DNA of 64,000 nt, from the NCBI GenBank assembly GCA_050951545.1, contig JBMNJG010000007.1, positions 32,001 to 96,000 of the forward strand, given 5' to 3'. The translations under genes were made by a program, and so were the position numbers. The notes under the pieces were generated by a model that saw only the letters and a list, made by a program, of their open reading frames with translations, was not told where the DNA came from and did not search any database. Shown piece after piece: positions 1 to 8,377 of the stretch; the first letter of the stretch is position 1; every line of letters starts with the position of its first letter. Source of the DNA: Limnochordia bacterium (GTDB lineage: Bacteria; Bacillota; Limnochordia; DTU080).

Positions 1-361
1 TCGGTTTCTTGAGGAGCATCCCAAGGTAGAACGGGTGTTGTACCCCGGCTTGCCCAGCCATCCTCAGTATGATCTGGGCAGAAAACAGATGAGTGGGTAC
101 AGCGCCCTGCTCAGTTTCGTCCCCAAGGGGACCGATAGGGAGATCGCCAGCATGGTCGATGCTCTGCGCTACTTTCAGAAGGGGCCGAGTTGGGGAGGCT
201 TTGAAAGCTTGGTGTCACCAGCGGGCGTGGGACTGAGCGAAGAGGAGTCCCTACAGCGGGGCATTCCCCAAGGTCTCGTGCGCATACATGTCGGTTTGGA
301 GAATGTGTCCACCCTCATGGAGGATCTGGATAGGGCGCTTCGCTTAGTAGGAGTGGCTTAG
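1..361 (+). CDS. PLP-dependent Cys/Met metabolism lyase (cystathionine beta/gamma-lyase family), 3' part only
   Basis: YPGLPSHPQY, SWGGFESL and LVRIHVGLE motifs; ORF runs in from the window edge. Confidence 0.85.
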   Translation, partial: RFLEEHPKVERVLYPGLPSHPQYDLGRKQMSGYSALLSFVPKGTDREIASMVDALRYFQKGPSWGGFESLVSPAGVGLSEEESLQRGIPQGLVRIHVGLENVSTLMEDLDRALRLVGVA

Positions 362-595
362 GGCAAGGGATCCCGCCCTTGCAGCAGACATTGGTGGACT
401 CGACCCAGATGCGGGTGTAGTGATCTGGTGATCTGGGCCGTACGCTGTACGGCGGCGGCCCCAACCATCGACCGACAACAGCGGGCCAGTGCCGCCTTAC
501 CCAATGACCCGCTAAGTTTGCGAGTGGGGGTCGGGAGCCACTTCCATAGGCAGACTCCTCGCGGCTGGCCTAAGATGCCCCAGAGCCACACTAGG

Positions 596-716
596 TCGCC
601 CAATAGCTGGTGCCCTCGGCAGCCAGACGCCTTTCTCCACCTGATTGATCCCCCGGCAGCGATGAAACCAGCGAGCATCGGCCGCTTTTTGCCGAGTTGG
701 GTGATGTAACCAGCCT
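596..716 (+). repeat. Degenerate upstream copy of the repeat found at 2160-2645
   Basis: GAAACCAGCGAGCATCGGCCGCTTTTTGCCGAGTTGGGTGATGTAACC aligns with GAAACCAGTGAGCATCGCCCCCTTCTTGCCAAATCAGGCGATGTAACC (~2592-2639); CGCCCAATAGCT also occurs at 2162. Confidence 0.7.
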
Positions 717-872
717 GTGCATCGCCCACGACGGCCTAGCACTGTTCTACCCTGATGCCCCCATTACGACCGGAAAACGTGCCATCGCGCCTCGCTTTGA
801 AGAGCTGGGTTCACGCCCCTATGCGTTTTGTCTGAATCGACCTTTTGATGAAGGGACTCTACCGGAGTGTGT

Positions 873-905
873 CGAACATGTATTCGGGAACCGAACAGAC
901 ATTCT
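873..905 (+). promoter_or_regulatory. Tandem LexA/SOS (Cheo) box-like operators
   Basis: CGAACATGTATTCG (873-886) and CGAACAGACATTCT (892-905) vs Firmicute consensus CGAAC-N4-GTTCG; immediately upstream of GGAGGTG RBS. Confidence 0.7.
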
Positions 906-922
906 GGCTGGAGGTGGCACCC

Positions 923-1951
923 TTGGATATCGAAGAGGTTCGCGTGCCGATCTCGTTGCTGCTCACTAGCCAGTTAAGAGCGACGGATAAGGTAGTCTGG
1001 CTGGCCCTCACACTCGACGCTGAGTTGGGGGAGCGAGCTCGTCTGTCGCCCACTCGCTTGGCTGCTCGTACCGGTTTGTCCCGACCCACCGTCCGCAAGG
1101 CTACGACAAGGCTAACCACTGAGGGCTGGTATAACCTGCCCACAGGCGTCAACCAGGCCCCAGCAAAAGAGCTGTCGGGACCAAGGGTGGTCATGCCTAC
1201 TGAGCTGATCATTGCCACCGAAGTCAGTGCTCAGGCCAAGGTGGTCTATGGTGCACTGCAGGCCACGCTCGATTACCGTAATCTGCAGGGCGTGTTCACA
1301 TATGCATCTGTGGCCCGGATGATGAGTCTAGACGCCAAGACGGTCAAGCGGGCCGCTCGACAACTGGCCAAGCTGGGCTGGCTGGAGATGCAGCAAGAGC
1401 ACAAGCAGGCTCCCATTTGCTTCAGCCTCTGCAACCCAGTCGCCCGCAGGTACATGGATGAACTGCTAGCGGCGCAGCAGCGACTCGACGAGGCTGAGTT
1501 CTTCGGACAGGCCTTGATGCAGGAATACCTATCGGCTATTTTCGACTCCGATGACCACAAAGACAACGCGTCTCCCCGTTTTCTAGTCAACCCGGCTACT
1601 GGCATGTTACTGGAGCTCGACCGCCACTATGACCTCGAGGCGGTGGCTTTTGAGTTTAACGGGCCACAACACTACACCCCTACCAAACGGTTCTCGGCTG
1701 ACGTGGTCGCCAAGCAGATGGAACGTGACAAGACCAAGCGTGAATTGTGTGAGAAGAACAAAGTCACGTTGGTTGTGATCCATGCCAAGGACCTGTCCTG
1801 GCTCACCATGAAGTTCAAGGCCGGCCAACTGCTGCCGTTGCGAAGCGACCTTAACAAGAAACTCCTCAGGTACCTCGATCTGAGGAGTCGCTTCTACCGC
1901 GAGACGGCTAAGGGTGGCTGGGCGCCCACCAGTGACGCTGCCAGCGAGTAG
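923..1951 (+). CDS. Tandem winged-HTH protein with C-terminal Vsr/DUF559/EDxHD-like nuclease domain (paralog 1)
   Basis: Two HTH-like segments (SPTRLAARTGLSRPTVRKA; TYASVARMMSLDAKTVKRA) and nuclease-like motif LELD...AFEFNGPQHY...QMERDKTK; TTG start 923 after GGAGGTG, preferred over track start 845. Confidence 0.75.
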   Translation: MDIEEVRVPISLLLTSQLRATDKVVWLALTLDAELGERARLSPTRLAARTGLSRPTVRKATTRLTTEGWYNLPTGVNQAPAKELSGPRVVMPTELIIATEVSAQAKVVYGALQATLDYRNLQGVFTYASVARMMSLDAKTVKRAARQLAKLGWLEMQQEHKQAPICFSLCNPVARRYMDELLAAQQRLDEAEFFGQALMQEYLSAIFDSDDHKDNASPRFLVNPATGMLLELDRHYDLEAVAFEFNGPQHYTPTKRFSADVVAKQMERDKTKRELCEKNKVTLVVIHAKDLSWLTMKFKAGQLLPLRSDLNKKLLRYLDLRSRFYRETAKGGWAPTSDAASE

Positions 1952-2224
1952 CCAACGGCGACGAAGAGTGCGCCATAGCCTCGAATCATCTCTCCCCCTT
2001 CACCGATAGGGGTCTCAGCAACCTCTCGCTGCCGCTCGCTAAAGCGGGTGTCGCTATGCCCTCGCCAGGTGCCCTCGGCACGAGTCGTGACAATAGCAGA
2101 CCCGTGGTGCGCCAACGGGCGCTGCGCTTCCTGCTGTAACCGCCTCGAAATCACAATGTTCCGCCCAATAGCTATTTGCCTTGCCCAGAGCCCGCCTCGT
2201 CGCCTGGTCGGCCTCCTGTGATCG

Positions 2225-2645
2225 AAGATGAGACTGGCCAGCAACGGCCCCTTCTTGCCGATTTGGGCAATGTAACCGACCTGCGCCCCGACCCGGACCC
2301 CGACCCGGACCCCGACTCACCAGCCGGGTCCGGGACTGACGGAAGCGAAATCGATGGGCATCGCCCCCTTCTTGCCGATTTGGGCAATGTAACCGACCTG
2401 CGCCCCGACCGACCAGCCGGGTCCGGGACTGACGGAAGTGAAATCGATGGGCATCGCCCCCTTCTTGCCGATTTGGGCAATGTAACCGACCTGCGCCCCG
2501 ACCCGGACCCCGACCCGGCCCCGACCCGGACCCCGACCCGGACCCCGACCCGGACCCCGACTCACCAGCCGGGTCCGGGACTGACGGAAGCGAAACCAGT
2601 GAGCATCGCCCCCTTCTTGCCAAATCAGGCGATGTAACCGACCCG
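2225..2645 (+). repeat. Tandem array of four units with embedded 12-bp microsatellite (CCCCGACCCGGA)n
   Basis: Core CTTCTTGCCGATTTGGGCAATGTAACCGACC at 2251, 2368, 2461 and (diverged) 2613; 2, 0 and 5 microsatellite units between cores. Confidence 0.95.
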
Positions 2646-2824
2646 GGCCTCGAGCCGGGCCCCGACCTGTGCCCCGGTAACGTGAAGCTTGTCAGGTACC
2701 TAGAACGGTTGATCTTTCTGCTACAAGGGAGGAAGTGTACGTTACATGCGTAACCTCAGTGTAAGCGAGAGACTTCGCGGCAGGGCCGCATTTCGGACCT
2801 AAGCCGCAGTATAGAACGGGGGCC

Positions 2825-4210
2825 ATGCCCATGGCTGTAGCGGACCTAAGACCGTACGCGGCACTCTTAACGGGGTACACCGAATTACGGCTACAGGAGA
2901 ACAGGTCAACTGGTGTGTCTTTTCTCAACGGTAGTAACACCGGTAACTCGCGCAGTAGCTCACGCGGGGTATCTGCTCGCGTCTACCGAAACGGCTCATG
3001 GGGCTTTGCATCTAGCCCAGATCCCAACGATGAGAGCATTAGGGCCGTCATCCGGTTAGCTCAGGATAATGCCGCCTTTCTTCACTCGCGGGGCGATCGG
3101 GACCGGGGGCCCTTGCCTTTCACGACAGCCAACGCAGAAAGCGACTTTTCTACGACGAGATCTAGATTTGCGCAGAAGGACTTGCTCGCTTTCGGCAAGG
3201 AAGCCGATAGCTACATTGCGGAGAAGTACCCGGATCTGACGAGTAGGACCGTCCATTTGAGTAGCCTTGAAATGGAAAAAACGGCACTTAACTCGGAGGG
3301 TTCTTGCTTTCACTCGCTTACACCCAGAAGCTATGTCTACATCCGTCTGGCCACACAGGCTGACGATGGGCCGGTGGAGGTGGGTGATCTCATCGGAGGA
3401 CTAGGCCAGTTTGAGGATACTCTTCCCTCGCCTGGGGACCTGCACGAGATGGTGGACCAGCTTTATGAGCACCTGATGCGCAAGAGGGAGGGTGTATTTG
3501 CCGAGGCCGGGGAAAAGATCTGTATTCTCGATGCCAAACTGGGTGGCATCTTGGCGCACGAGGCCATTGGGCACACAACTGAGGCAGATCTGGTACTCTC
3601 CGGGTCGGTGGCTGGTCGCCTGCTGAATCAGGAAGTGGCCAGCCCCTTGGTAACCTTGGTTGATTTTGCCCATACGGCGTTTGGCGAGGTGTGTCCCGTA
3701 CCAGTGTACGTTGACGACGAGGGCACGGTTGCCCAGGACGTCACCATTATTGAGCACGGTGTGCTCAAAGGCTTCATGCACAACAAGGAGTCGGCACGAT
3801 TGTTTGGCGTGGCCCCTACCGGCAACGCCAGAGCTTATACCTTCGCCGATGAGCCCCTTATCAGGATGCGCAATACAGCCATTGTTCCAGGCGCCAGCAA
3901 GCTGGACGACATGATCGCCTCTGTTGACGACGGCTACTATCTCATTCAGGCCAGTAACGGCCAAGCGGACTCCACGAGCGAGTTCATGTTCGGCGTTGTG
4001 CTGGGATATGAGATCAAGAATGGCAAACTGGGCAAGGCGCTCCGGGATACCACCATCTCTGGGGTGGCCTACGACGTGCTGAAGACGGTCACCATGGTCT
4101 CGGACCAGCTCTGGTGGAGCAATGGCGGCATGTGCGGCAAGAAACAGGCTATCCCAGTTGGCATGGGCGGACCGGCCATCAGGTGTCAGATCACTCTAGG
4201 AGGGCGATAA
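2825..4210 (+). CDS. tldD: TldD metalloprotease subunit
   Basis: HEAIGH zinc motif, DDEG, RMRNT, CGKKQ...PVGMGGP. Confidence 0.93.
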   Translation: MPMAVADLRPYAALLTGYTELRLQENRSTGVSFLNGSNTGNSRSSSRGVSARVYRNGSWGFASSPDPNDESIRAVIRLAQDNAAFLHSRGDRDRGPLPFTTANAESDFSTTRSRFAQKDLLAFGKEADSYIAEKYPDLTSRTVHLSSLEMEKTALNSEGSCFHSLTPRSYVYIRLATQADDGPVEVGDLIGGLGQFEDTLPSPGDLHEMVDQLYEHLMRKREGVFAEAGEKICILDAKLGGILAHEAIGHTTEADLVLSGSVAGRLLNQEVASPLVTLVDFAHTAFGEVCPVPVYVDDEGTVAQDVTIIEHGVLKGFMHNKESARLFGVAPTGNARAYTFADEPLIRMRNTAIVPGASKLDDMIASVDDGYYLIQASNGQADSTSEFMFGVVLGYEIKNGKLGKALRDTTISGVAYDVLKTVTMVSDQLWWSNGGMCGKKQAIPVGMGGPAIRCQITLGGR

Positions 4211-4212
4211 TC

Positions 4213-5508
4213 ATGAACCGTCACGATGAAGCCGCTCATCTGGCGCTTGGTGCACTGCTGAAGGCCGGGGCTGATAAGGCTAGCTGTGGGGTGAGTACAT
4301 CCACCACGCATGAGTTAAACGTGGAACGGGCAGAGATAGGCCTGCTACGCACGACGATGGACGTCGGGGTGCACCTGATGGCCATTAAGGACCAGAAAAA
4401 GGGGAGCATGAACCTCAACAGTCTGGAGCAACCAGCCATAGACCAAGGGGTTGCAGACACCCTCGCCATGGCAGCGGCATCTCAGCCTGACCCGGCCTTC
4501 GACATCGCCGAGGCTCAGGAGCCAGCTCGCTTCGAGTCTGGGAGCAGCGAACCTGATCTGGACGGGATGTATGATCGGGTCAAGGAGTTCTTGGCTGCAG
4601 TGGCGGCCAAGTACCCTAGCGTAATGCTGCGCCAGGCCTACCTAAGCTTCGGGCACCGCAACATGAGCCTAGTCAACTCCAACGGGATCCACTTTCAGAC
4701 CGCCCAGGGGACCTACCACTTCACGGCCCTGTTTTCGGGGCGGGAAGGCGACGATGTCTCCTCGTTTAACTACACCGGATTCTCGATGCGTGACTTGGAG
4801 CGGAAACTGTTGGAGTGTGGATCGCTGGATACCATGCTGCGTCAAGCTACGGAGCAAGTGCGTACGCGCCCGGTGCAGGGCAAGTTCACAGGGGATCTGG
4901 TCATTGCACCGGATTGCCTGGGTACCTTAATCGGCTTTCTCACCGGGCCGCTGACTGATGGGCCACTTATCTCCGGCACCAGCCTCTACAAGGACAGTCT
5001 GGGCGAGGAGATTGCTAGTCCTCAGTTTACGCTTCATTCCCGGCCAGTCTCTTCTGAGATCGCTAGCGGGTATTTTGTCACGGGTGACGGATATGCTGCC
5101 GAGAACAGTACGATCATTGACCGCGGCGTTCTCCGGACTTATTTGCTCAGCCTGTACGGTGCCAACAAGACGGGCCGGCAAAGAGCGCCGAACAGAGGCG
5201 GCGCTTATGTAGTTGAGCCGGGCGATATCTCCTTAGAGGGCCTGATCGGCCAGGTGAAGCAAGGGGTGCTGTTGACTCGCTTCTCAGGTGGGTCACCTAG
5301 CTCTAACGGCGACTTTTCTGGTGTCGCCAAGAACAGCTACTACATCGAAGACGGAAGAATTGCCTATCCTATTAGGGAGACAATGGTGTCTGGCAATTTC
5401 GCGGAGGCTGTCCGCAACTTGACGGCGATTTCCAAAGAGCGAGTGGACTACGGTTCGGCTATTCTACCTTGGGTTTCGATGCCAGGCATCACCATTTCGG
5501 GCAGGTAG
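4213..5508 (+). CDS. pmbA: PmbA/TldE protease subunit
   Basis: Follows tldD; GDFSG, I.DG.I.YPI.ETMVSGN motifs; no HExxH; ATG at 4213. Confidence 0.9.
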   Translation: MNRHDEAAHLALGALLKAGADKASCGVSTSTTHELNVERAEIGLLRTTMDVGVHLMAIKDQKKGSMNLNSLEQPAIDQGVADTLAMAAASQPDPAFDIAEAQEPARFESGSSEPDLDGMYDRVKEFLAAVAAKYPSVMLRQAYLSFGHRNMSLVNSNGIHFQTAQGTYHFTALFSGREGDDVSSFNYTGFSMRDLERKLLECGSLDTMLRQATEQVRTRPVQGKFTGDLVIAPDCLGTLIGFLTGPLTDGPLISGTSLYKDSLGEEIASPQFTLHSRPVSSEIASGYFVTGDGYAAENSTIIDRGVLRTYLLSLYGANKTGRQRAPNRGGAYVVEPGDISLEGLIGQVKQGVLLTRFSGGSPSSNGDFSGVAKNSYYIEDGRIAYPIRETMVSGNFAEAVRNLTAISKERVDYGSAILPWVSMPGITISGR

Positions 5509-5538
5509 GAGCCGCACCTCACCCTCAGTGCAGTGTGG

Positions 5539-5567
5539 TTGCCTGTGTTGTCCAATCGTGATATACT
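5539..5567 (+). promoter_or_regulatory. SigA promoter of rpsF operon
   Basis: TTGCCT-17 bp-TATACT with extended TG. Confidence 0.65.
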
Positions 5568-5573
5568 TTGGCG

Positions 5574-5630
5574 TAACCCTGCTCCAGGGTGGCGCCTGGG
5601 GCCGTCATGTCCAGAGGGAGGAGGTGTGCC
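5574..5630 (+). promoter_or_regulatory. Probable S6:S18 ribosomal protein leader RNA
   Basis: GC hairpin (CCAGG..CCTGG) and CCG between promoter and the rpsF RBS; position matches the known autoregulatory leader. Confidence 0.5.
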
Positions 5631-5634
5631 AACG

Positions 5635-5928
5635 GTGCGTCCTTACGAAGTGGTGACCATTTACAACCCTGGTCTAGAAAGTGAAGAAGCCTACGACGCT
5701 CAGATCGAGCGCTTTGCGTCTCTTATCGCCAATGAAGGCGGCGAGCTCGTCAATGTGGAGAAGTGGGGTAGGCGGCGGCTCGCTTACGAGATTGCAGGAC
5801 TAACCGAGGGCTACTATGTGATGATGCGGTTCAACGCGGAGCCAGCAGTGGCTGGCGAGCTTGAGCGCGTCATGAAGATCACTGATACAGTAGTCCGGCA
5901 CCTGTTGGTTCGGCTGGAGGAAAACTAG
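5635..5928 (+). CDS. rpsF: 30S ribosomal protein S6
   Basis: RPYEVVTI, WGRRRLAYEI; GTG start after GGAGGTG. Confidence 0.97.
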   Translation: MRPYEVVTIYNPGLESEEAYDAQIERFASLIANEGGELVNVEKWGRRRLAYEIAGLTEGYYVMMRFNAEPAVAGELERVMKITDTVVRHLLVRLEEN

Positions 5929-5967
5929 GCCCCGGGCGCAAGTATTCCACGGGGAGTGTGATTCAGC

Positions 5968-6360
5968 ATGCTGAACAGAATAGTGCTCATTGGGCGATTG
6001 GTTGCGGACCCACAATTGCGTTATACCCACAGCGGTGTAGCGGTTGCGAATATGCGAATCGCCGTAGACAGGCCTTTCACGAACCAACAGGGCGAACGAG
6101 AGACTGATTTCATTGACATAGTCTGTTGGCGCAAACTGGGGGAAACTGTGGCCAATCATCTCACCAAGGGTCGGCTGATCGCCGTCGATGGACGGCTTCA
6201 GATTCGGCAGTATGAGTGGGAAGGTCAGAAACGTCAGGCCGCAGAGGTGTATGCAGATGACGTGCGCTTCCTCGATAGCAAACGCGATGCTGGCGGCGCG
6301 CCACCTGCTGGCGCACCTGGCGATTTCCCAGAGCCAGGTATTGATGAGGTCCCGTTCTGA
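5968..6360 (+). CDS. ssb: Single-stranded DNA-binding protein
   Basis: MLNRIVLIGRLVADP; acidic tail DEVPF. Confidence 0.97.
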   Translation: MLNRIVLIGRLVADPQLRYTHSGVAVANMRIAVDRPFTNQQGERETDFIDIVCWRKLGETVANHLTKGRLIAVDGRLQIRQYEWEGQKRQAAEVYADDVRFLDSKRDAGGAPPAGAPGDFPEPGIDEVPF

Positions 6361-6406
6361 TGGATCGTAGAGGCTAGTGCGGCGCTTGTCATGAGGAGGG
6401 TTCATT

Positions 6407-6634
6407 TTGGCAAGAGAGCGCGGCAGGAAGCGCAGGAAGGTTTGTAGCTTCTGCGTGGATAAGGTAACAGCAATTGATTACAAAGAGGTAGGGCGGCTGC
6501 GCCGTTTCTTGACGGAGCGCGGGAAGATTCTTCCTCGTCGCATCTCGGGAAACTGTGCAGGTCATCAAAGACAGCTTACGCAGGCTATCAAGCGGGCGAG
6601 GCAACTGGCCATGCTGCCTTACTCTGCGGACTAA
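6407..6634 (+). CDS. rpsR: 30S ribosomal protein S18 (zinc-binding form)
   Basis: CSFC...IDYK...[17 protein letters not shown]. Confidence 0.97.
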   Translation: MARERGRKRRKVCSFCVDKVTAIDYKEVGRLRRFLTERGKILPRRISGNCAGHQRQLTQAIKRARQLAMLPYSAD

Positions 6635-6841
6635 CTGGTGACGAACGAGCCTCTTTCCACAAAGAGTACTGTCGGCACCGTGAACGCACGGTACCGACGG
6701 TGGTTGGCAAACGGGCTGCAATAGCGGCCCGTTCGTCGTCGCTGACGGGGTCTTCTCACTGCCTGAATGCACTAGGTGTGGATGAGGCAGGACAAGGCTC
6801 TTGTTTCGAGGAACTGATGCCGAGGCAATAATAGCGCGAGG

Positions 6842-7762
6842 GTGGGCCGTATGTCCTCTGATCCTGGGGCGCAGATGGGTCGTGAGCGCCTGATACTGAT
6901 CTTCATCACTCTGATCACGGCCGTCTTGGGCACGATATTTTCTTCCATGCTTGTGTTCGCTCCGGCCCCCTTGGCAGTGCTTCTGTACAGACATGGGTTG
7001 CGCTCCGGCATATCTACAGCTCTGCTGTCAGGGCTCGTCGTTGGGGGATTGATGCAACACCCGATTCCGATGATACTCGTCCTGTTTGTGCTAGGGTTGG
7101 GGGTTGCGATCGGCGAAGCGTGGCGCGACGGGCTGACGCTGCGGCAGACTCTGACAGTGGGCTGGGGGGCTGCTTTCCTGGCTTTCGCAGCTTTCTTCAT
7201 CGTGTCGAAACTGGTGTTCGGCATCGATCTGCTAGATGAGGCTTTGAAGCTGTGGGTTGAGCAATTGGGCCGCATAGGTACTGTTGGCGGAGCCCTGCCT
7301 CTTTCGGAGGCTGAGTTGGCGAAGATCTCCAAGCACCTACGGACGGTGTGGCCGGGAATGATGGCTATGTCGTCCGCGTGTATCTGTTTTGCGAATTACT
7401 GGCTAGCTGGGCGTTGGCTCTTGCGCTTGGGGGCGGACGTGCCTTGGTTTCCACCCTTTGCTCACTGGCGTTTCCCGTGGTATTTCACCTGGGGCTACAT
7501 CGCCGGGATAGGGTTGCCTCTGCTTCCGGCTGGTCTGCAGACGTCGTGGTTGCTTGCCCTGGCGGCCAATCTAGAGATGATATTCCGGTTTGTGTTTGCG
7601 GTTCAAGGGCTGGCTGTGGTTTGGTTCTATCTATCTAGATGGGGTGTTCGCAAGTGGGTGACCATCATCATTGCGGTGCTTTCCACGATACTGATGCCCC
7701 TGCTGGTTTTTGTGGGATTGCTAGACTCCTGGTTTGACCTAAGGCGCCTCGATCTGCTATAG
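6842..7762 (+). CDS. yybS: YybS/DUF2232 membrane protein
   Basis: Polytopic hydrophobic protein, QGLAV and GLLDSWFDLRR; conserved position between rpsR and rplI; start uncertain. Confidence 0.85.
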   Translation: MGRMSSDPGAQMGRERLILIFITLITAVLGTIFSSMLVFAPAPLAVLLYRHGLRSGISTALLSGLVVGGLMQHPIPMILVLFVLGLGVAIGEAWRDGLTLRQTLTVGWGAAFLAFAAFFIVSKLVFGIDLLDEALKLWVEQLGRIGTVGGALPLSEAELAKISKHLRTVWPGMMAMSSACICFANYWLAGRWLLRLGADVPWFPPFAHWRFPWYFTWGYIAGIGLPLLPAGLQTSWLLALAANLEMIFRFVFAVQGLAVVWFYLSRWGVRKWVTIIIAVLSTILMPLLVFVGLLDSWFDLRRLDLL

Positions 7763-7829
7763 ATGGTGAAATAGAGGGTGCTGATGGCAATAGTGCAAGC
7801 TGAGAACGATCATCATCGGGGGGTTGAGC

Positions 7830-8276
7830 ATGCGTATCATCCTAACTCAGGACGTAGAAAAAATCGGCAACAGAGGCGACATCGTGAATGTGGCCGATGG
7901 CTATGCACGTAACTACCTCATGCCGCGCGGGATGGCTATTCAGGCCACCAAGGCCAATTTGCGGCAGTGGGAGCATGAGAAGAATGTCGCGGGCAAAAAG
8001 GTGCTGAAAGAGGAAGAGGAGGCCAAGGCGCTGGCTGAGCGCTTGTCTGGAGTCACGGTAACGATCACCGCGAAGACAGGCGAAGGTGGCCGTCTTTTTG
8101 GCTCTGTGACCTCTCAGGATGTAGCCGATGCTGTGCAGAGTGCCTGCGATGTGGAGCTAGACAAGCGGCGCATTGACATGGCTGAGCCCATCAAGAACTT
8201 GGGTGAGTATGTGGTTCCCGTAAAGCTTTACCAAGGGGTTAACGCAGAGGTTATGGTGAAAGTGGTTGCTGAGTAG
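7830..8276 (+). CDS. rplI: 50S ribosomal protein L9
   Basis: MRIILTQDV..G..GD.V.VADGYARNYL; GRLFGSVT. Confidence 0.97.
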   Translation: MRIILTQDVEKIGNRGDIVNVADGYARNYLMPRGMAIQATKANLRQWEHEKNVAGKKVLKEEEEAKALAERLSGVTVTITAKTGEGGRLFGSVTSQDVADAVQSACDVELDKRRIDMAEPIKNLGEYVVPVKLYQGVNAEVMVKVVAE

Positions 8277-8377
8277 CAACCCATGGGCTGGCCGGGCTGG
8301 CCCGCGTGCAGGTTTGGGGGGCTAACCTCACAGATGCCCGCTTGGGGGGGAGGGCGGCGCCCGGTGCCGCAAGGTTC

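Noticed and set aside
2054-2637. Low-complexity ORFs (PDPDPD, GSGSGS, PTRT repeats) on both strands
   Set aside because: By-products of the DNA repeat; no RBS, and an 11-bp unit shifts the frame
2225-2645. CRISPR array
   Set aside because: Spacers are repetitive rather than unique, periods are irregular, and there are no cas genes in the window
2725-2802. Strong SD, GTTAC-N4-GTAAC palindrome and tiny ORFs before tldD (possible TldD/E substrate peptide)
   Set aside because: SD spacing to either start codon is poor (2 or 13 nt) and the peptides have no precursor features
6671-6698. Hairpin GTCGGCACCGTG-AACG-CACGGTACCGAC after rpsR
   Set aside because: No U-tract; probably an ordinary processing or stability stem
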